From Spirochaetota bacterium (GTDB lineage Bacteria; Spirochaetota; UBA4802; UBA5550), in NCBI GenBank assembly GCA_050298055.1, contig JBNKTL010000012.1:34855-98854 (forward strand): 64,000 bases of DNA, read 5' to 3'. Each line of letters opens with the position of its first letter. Positions within the stretch are counted from its first letter, which is position 1. Under the pieces are notes generated by a model. The model made no database searches. It saw only the letters and a program-made list of their open reading frames with translations, and was not told the origin of the DNA. The position numbers and the translations under genes were made by a program. Positions 61,447-64,000 of the stretch are shown here, one piece after another.

Positions 61447-62337
61447 TCAGCTGATATTAATATAACGTGAAACAAGCCTGTCAAGCCTGTTTATCTTATC
61501 CATATAATCTATCAACTTAGGATCTCTATCGGTATTGTTCTTAACAGTTTGTATTAATTTTTTCAGAAGCTTCAGGTCGTTTTTCCCTCTGATTTTTCTG
61601 GATTCTATAATTTCCGCAATATAGTCGAATTTGTATTTTCTGAGGTTTATTCTCAGGAAAAATTCAACACCGTATATCTGCAGGACTTTCTCAAGGGATG
61701 TTGTTGCCAGGTTGCCCGCTTCGGGGGAGTCCACCGCTCTCTTTGACGGGGATTTTTTCAGATTTTTCTTCTGCTGCTTATCCCTGGTGCTGGATTCCTT
61801 TATCTTTGCCGCAAAACTCTTTTCGTTCTTTTCCAGCAGCTGGTCCAGTTTTTTGGCCTTCCAGTCCTCGGTATACTCGTTGAATTCCTTCTGTAAAAGT
61901 TTTTCATATTCATCAAGCATTATGGTTTTATTGGCTATGCTGCCAAGGGGTGTTCTGTTTATCCTGTCCATTATGGGGAAGAGTTCACGGACTATCATAT
62001 GGGGGTGGATCCTCTTATGGTATTCTTCTTCGTACATATCGGAAAGGACCCTCTGAAAGAGTGCCTTCAGGTTTCTGATAGTTGTGATATCAGCATCGAT
62101 ATAACCTTCGATGCCTTCTATTTCACGGTCCTGGTCTTTCTTGGTTACCTGCATTATCAGGATTTTGTGGGAATCCTTGAGTATTGAAATTATCATTTTA
62201 AATAAGTTTGAATCCAGCCCGATATTGGATTCAACAAACTTGCCCAGAACATCTGAGTGAGGAATTGCTTCGGTGCTATCCATATGATTTTGGGAGACGA
62301 TTTTCTTAAAAACTTCTTCTGAATATTTTCTCAGCAT
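61447..62337 (-). CDS. Hypothetical protein
   Basis: 296-aa ORF with AGGA RBS; no motif recognised. Confidence 0.6.
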   Translation of the reverse strand: MLRKYSEEVFKKIVSQNHMDSTEAIPHSDVLGKFVESNIGLDSNLFKMIISILKDSHKILIMQVTKKDQDREIEGIEGYIDADITTIRNLKALFQRVLSDMYEEEYHKRIHPHMIVRELFPIMDRINRTPLGSIANKTIMLDEYEKLLQKEFNEYTEDWKAKKLDQLLEKNEKSFAAKIKESSTRDKQQKKNLKKSPSKRAVDSPEAGNLATTSLEKVLQIYGVEFFLRINLRKYKFDYIAEIIESRKIRGKNDLKLLKKLIQTVKNNTDRDPKLIDYMDKINRLDRLVSRYINIS

Positions 62338-62515
62338 AAAAATTCATCATCCTGAATACTCTTTTTACGTATATAACCAGATTAAAAACTCATGCTCTTC
62401 TCTTCAAGCTTTTATGAGATGTATTGAAAAAAAATTGACAAAATATTTCATTTATAAATACTTTACGCTCCCTAAAACTTGACAAAAAGTGAAATTTATA
62501 CTGGAGAGTGAGAAT

Positions 62516-64000
62516 TTGAAGATCAAGGGAGCAGATATAATTGTTGAATCCCTGAAAAAGGAGAATGTGGAATTCATGTTCGGATACCCGGGTGGTGTTG
62601 TCATTCCCATATTCCACAGCCTGTTCAATGCTCCTTTCAAGTTTATTCTCAGCAGACATGAGCAGGGCGCCATTCATGCGGCTGACGGGTATGCCAGGGC
62701 TTCCGGTAAACCGGGTGTTGTTATTGCCACGTCGGGGCCCGGTGCAACAAACCTTATAACAGGAATAGCAACGGCTTACATGGATTCGGTGCCCATCGTG
62801 GCATTTACAGGCCAGGTCTCACGGGAGATGATCGGCAACGATGCTTTTCAGGAAGTTGATGTAACCGGGATAACCAGGCCCATCACTAAGCACAACTACC
62901 TCGTGCAGGATATCGAGGACCTGGCGAGAATAATAAAGGAAGCATTCCATATCGCGACAACCGGCCGTCCGGGTCCTGTTATTATTGATGTCCCGGTTGA
63001 CATATCCAATTCAACATGCAATTTCTCATACCCTGAGAAAGTAAAGATCAGGGGATACAAGCCGGTTTATGAAGGGCATCCCGTACAGATTAAGAAGGCA
63101 TGTGAGCTCATTGCATCTTCAAAAAAACCGGTAATCTACGCGGGGGGGGGTGTTATAATCTCCAATGCGTCAAATGAGCTGAAAAAGTTTGTTAAAAAAA
63201 CACAGATCCCGATTACCACCACACTTCTGGGACTGGGTATTTATCCTGAAACGGACCCACTCTCACTGGAGATGCTGGGTATGCACGGGACATACTATGC
63301 AAACCATGCTGTTCACGAATCGGACCTTCTTATCGCCGTGGGAGCACGGTTTGATGACAGGGTTACCGGCAAGATATCACATTTCATTCCCAACGCCAGG
63401 GTCATTCATATCGATATCGACCCCGCATCAGTGAGTAAGAATGTCATGGTTGATGTTCCCATAGTGGGAGACTGCAGAAAAGTTCTCACAGAGCTCAACA
63501 AGTGTGTCGCGGCCCCTGATATCAAGGGCTGGCTGAAAGAAGTTGAAGAGCTTAAAAAAAACAACCCCCTTACCTATGATAAAACAACAAAAGGAAAAAT
63601 TAAACCTCAGCATGTTGTGGAAGAACTCTACAGGCTTACGAAAGGTGAGGCGATCATCTGCACGGAAGTGGGACAGAACCAGATGTGGGCAGCGCAGTTC
63701 TATAAGTACTCAAAACCCCGGACATTTATTTCATCGGGGGGCCTGGGAACTATGGGATACGGTTTCCCCGCAGCAATAGGGGCCCAGCTTGCGGCACCGG
63801 ACAAAAGAGTTATTGATATAGCCGGGGATGGGTCCATACAGATGAACATCCAGGAGCTTGTGGTTGCCGTCCAGCACAAGCTCCCGATTATCATTGCCAT
63901 ATTGAATAACGGTTTCCTCGGCATGGTCAGGCAATGGCAGCAGCTTTTTTTCGAAAAGCGTTATGCAGCAACGTGTCTGGATTGCGCACCTGATTTCGTG
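62516..64000 (+). CDS. ilvB: Acetolactate synthase large subunit (runs off the window edge)
   Basis: Not in the ORF track. TTG start after [15 protein letters not shown]...FGYPGG...RHEQGA...TSGPGATN...GMHG...GDGS...NNG. Confidence 0.95.
   Translation, partial: MKIKGADIIVESLKKENVEFMFGYPGGVVIPIFHSLFNAPFKFILSRHEQGAIHAADGYARASGKPGVVIATSGPGATNLITGIATAYMDSVPIVAFTGQVSREMIGNDAFQEVDVTGITRPITKHNYLVQDIEDLARIIKEAFHIATTGRPGPVIIDVPVDISNSTCNFSYPEKVKIRGYKPVYEGHPVQIKKACELIASSKKPVIYAGGGVIISNASNELKKFVKKTQIPITTTLLGLGIYPETDPLSLEMLGMHGTYYANHAVHESDLLIAVGARFDDRVTGKISHFIPNARVIHIDIDPASVSKNVMVDVPIVGDCRKVLTELNKCVAAPDIKGWLKEVEELKKNNPLTYDKTTKGKIKPQHVVEELYRLTKGEAIICTEVGQNQMWAAQFYKYSKPRTFISSGGLGTMGYGFPAAIGAQLAAPDKRVIDIAGDGSIQMNIQELVVAVQHKLPIIIAILNNGFLGMVRQWQQLFFEKRYAATCLDCAPDFV

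Noticed and set aside
62340..62515. Attenuator or promoter call upstream of ilvB
   Set aside because: No Ile/Leu/Val-rich leader or terminator; two TTGACA hexamers lack a well-spaced -10 box

Overview
Bacterial chromosomal window. The host is probably an anaerobic, Leptospira-related spirochaete (inferred from spirochaete-type lipoprotein signals and a spirochaete-type acidic protein). Housekeeping genes: lon, a complete F1Fo ATP synthase operon, map, recA, leuA, ahcY with its SahR-type regulator, lysA, tkt and the start of ilvB. A partial class I adenylate cyclase lies at the left edge. Most notable: (1) two tandem lipoprotein multiheme c-type cytochromes built from a repeating three-heme CxxCH/CxxCH/CxxxxCH module, with 33 and 15 heme motifs counted by eye and no adjacent porin, which is a candidate extracellular electron-transfer wire; (2) a metallophosphoesterase-nucleotidyltransferase fusion protein, a possible writer/eraser enzyme; (3) an unannotated Leu-rich leader peptide with a complete attenuator upstream of leuA; (4) a ~140-bp MITE-like repeat present about 10 times, one copy with its hairpin precisely excised; (5) an AT-rich, cassette-like locus (45.0-47.9 kb) with repeated TGCTCTGACCCC motifs and decayed lipoprotein genes. 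I saw no rRNA, tRNA, CRISPR array, integrase or transposase. All calls come from motif recognition by eye; no database searches were run.
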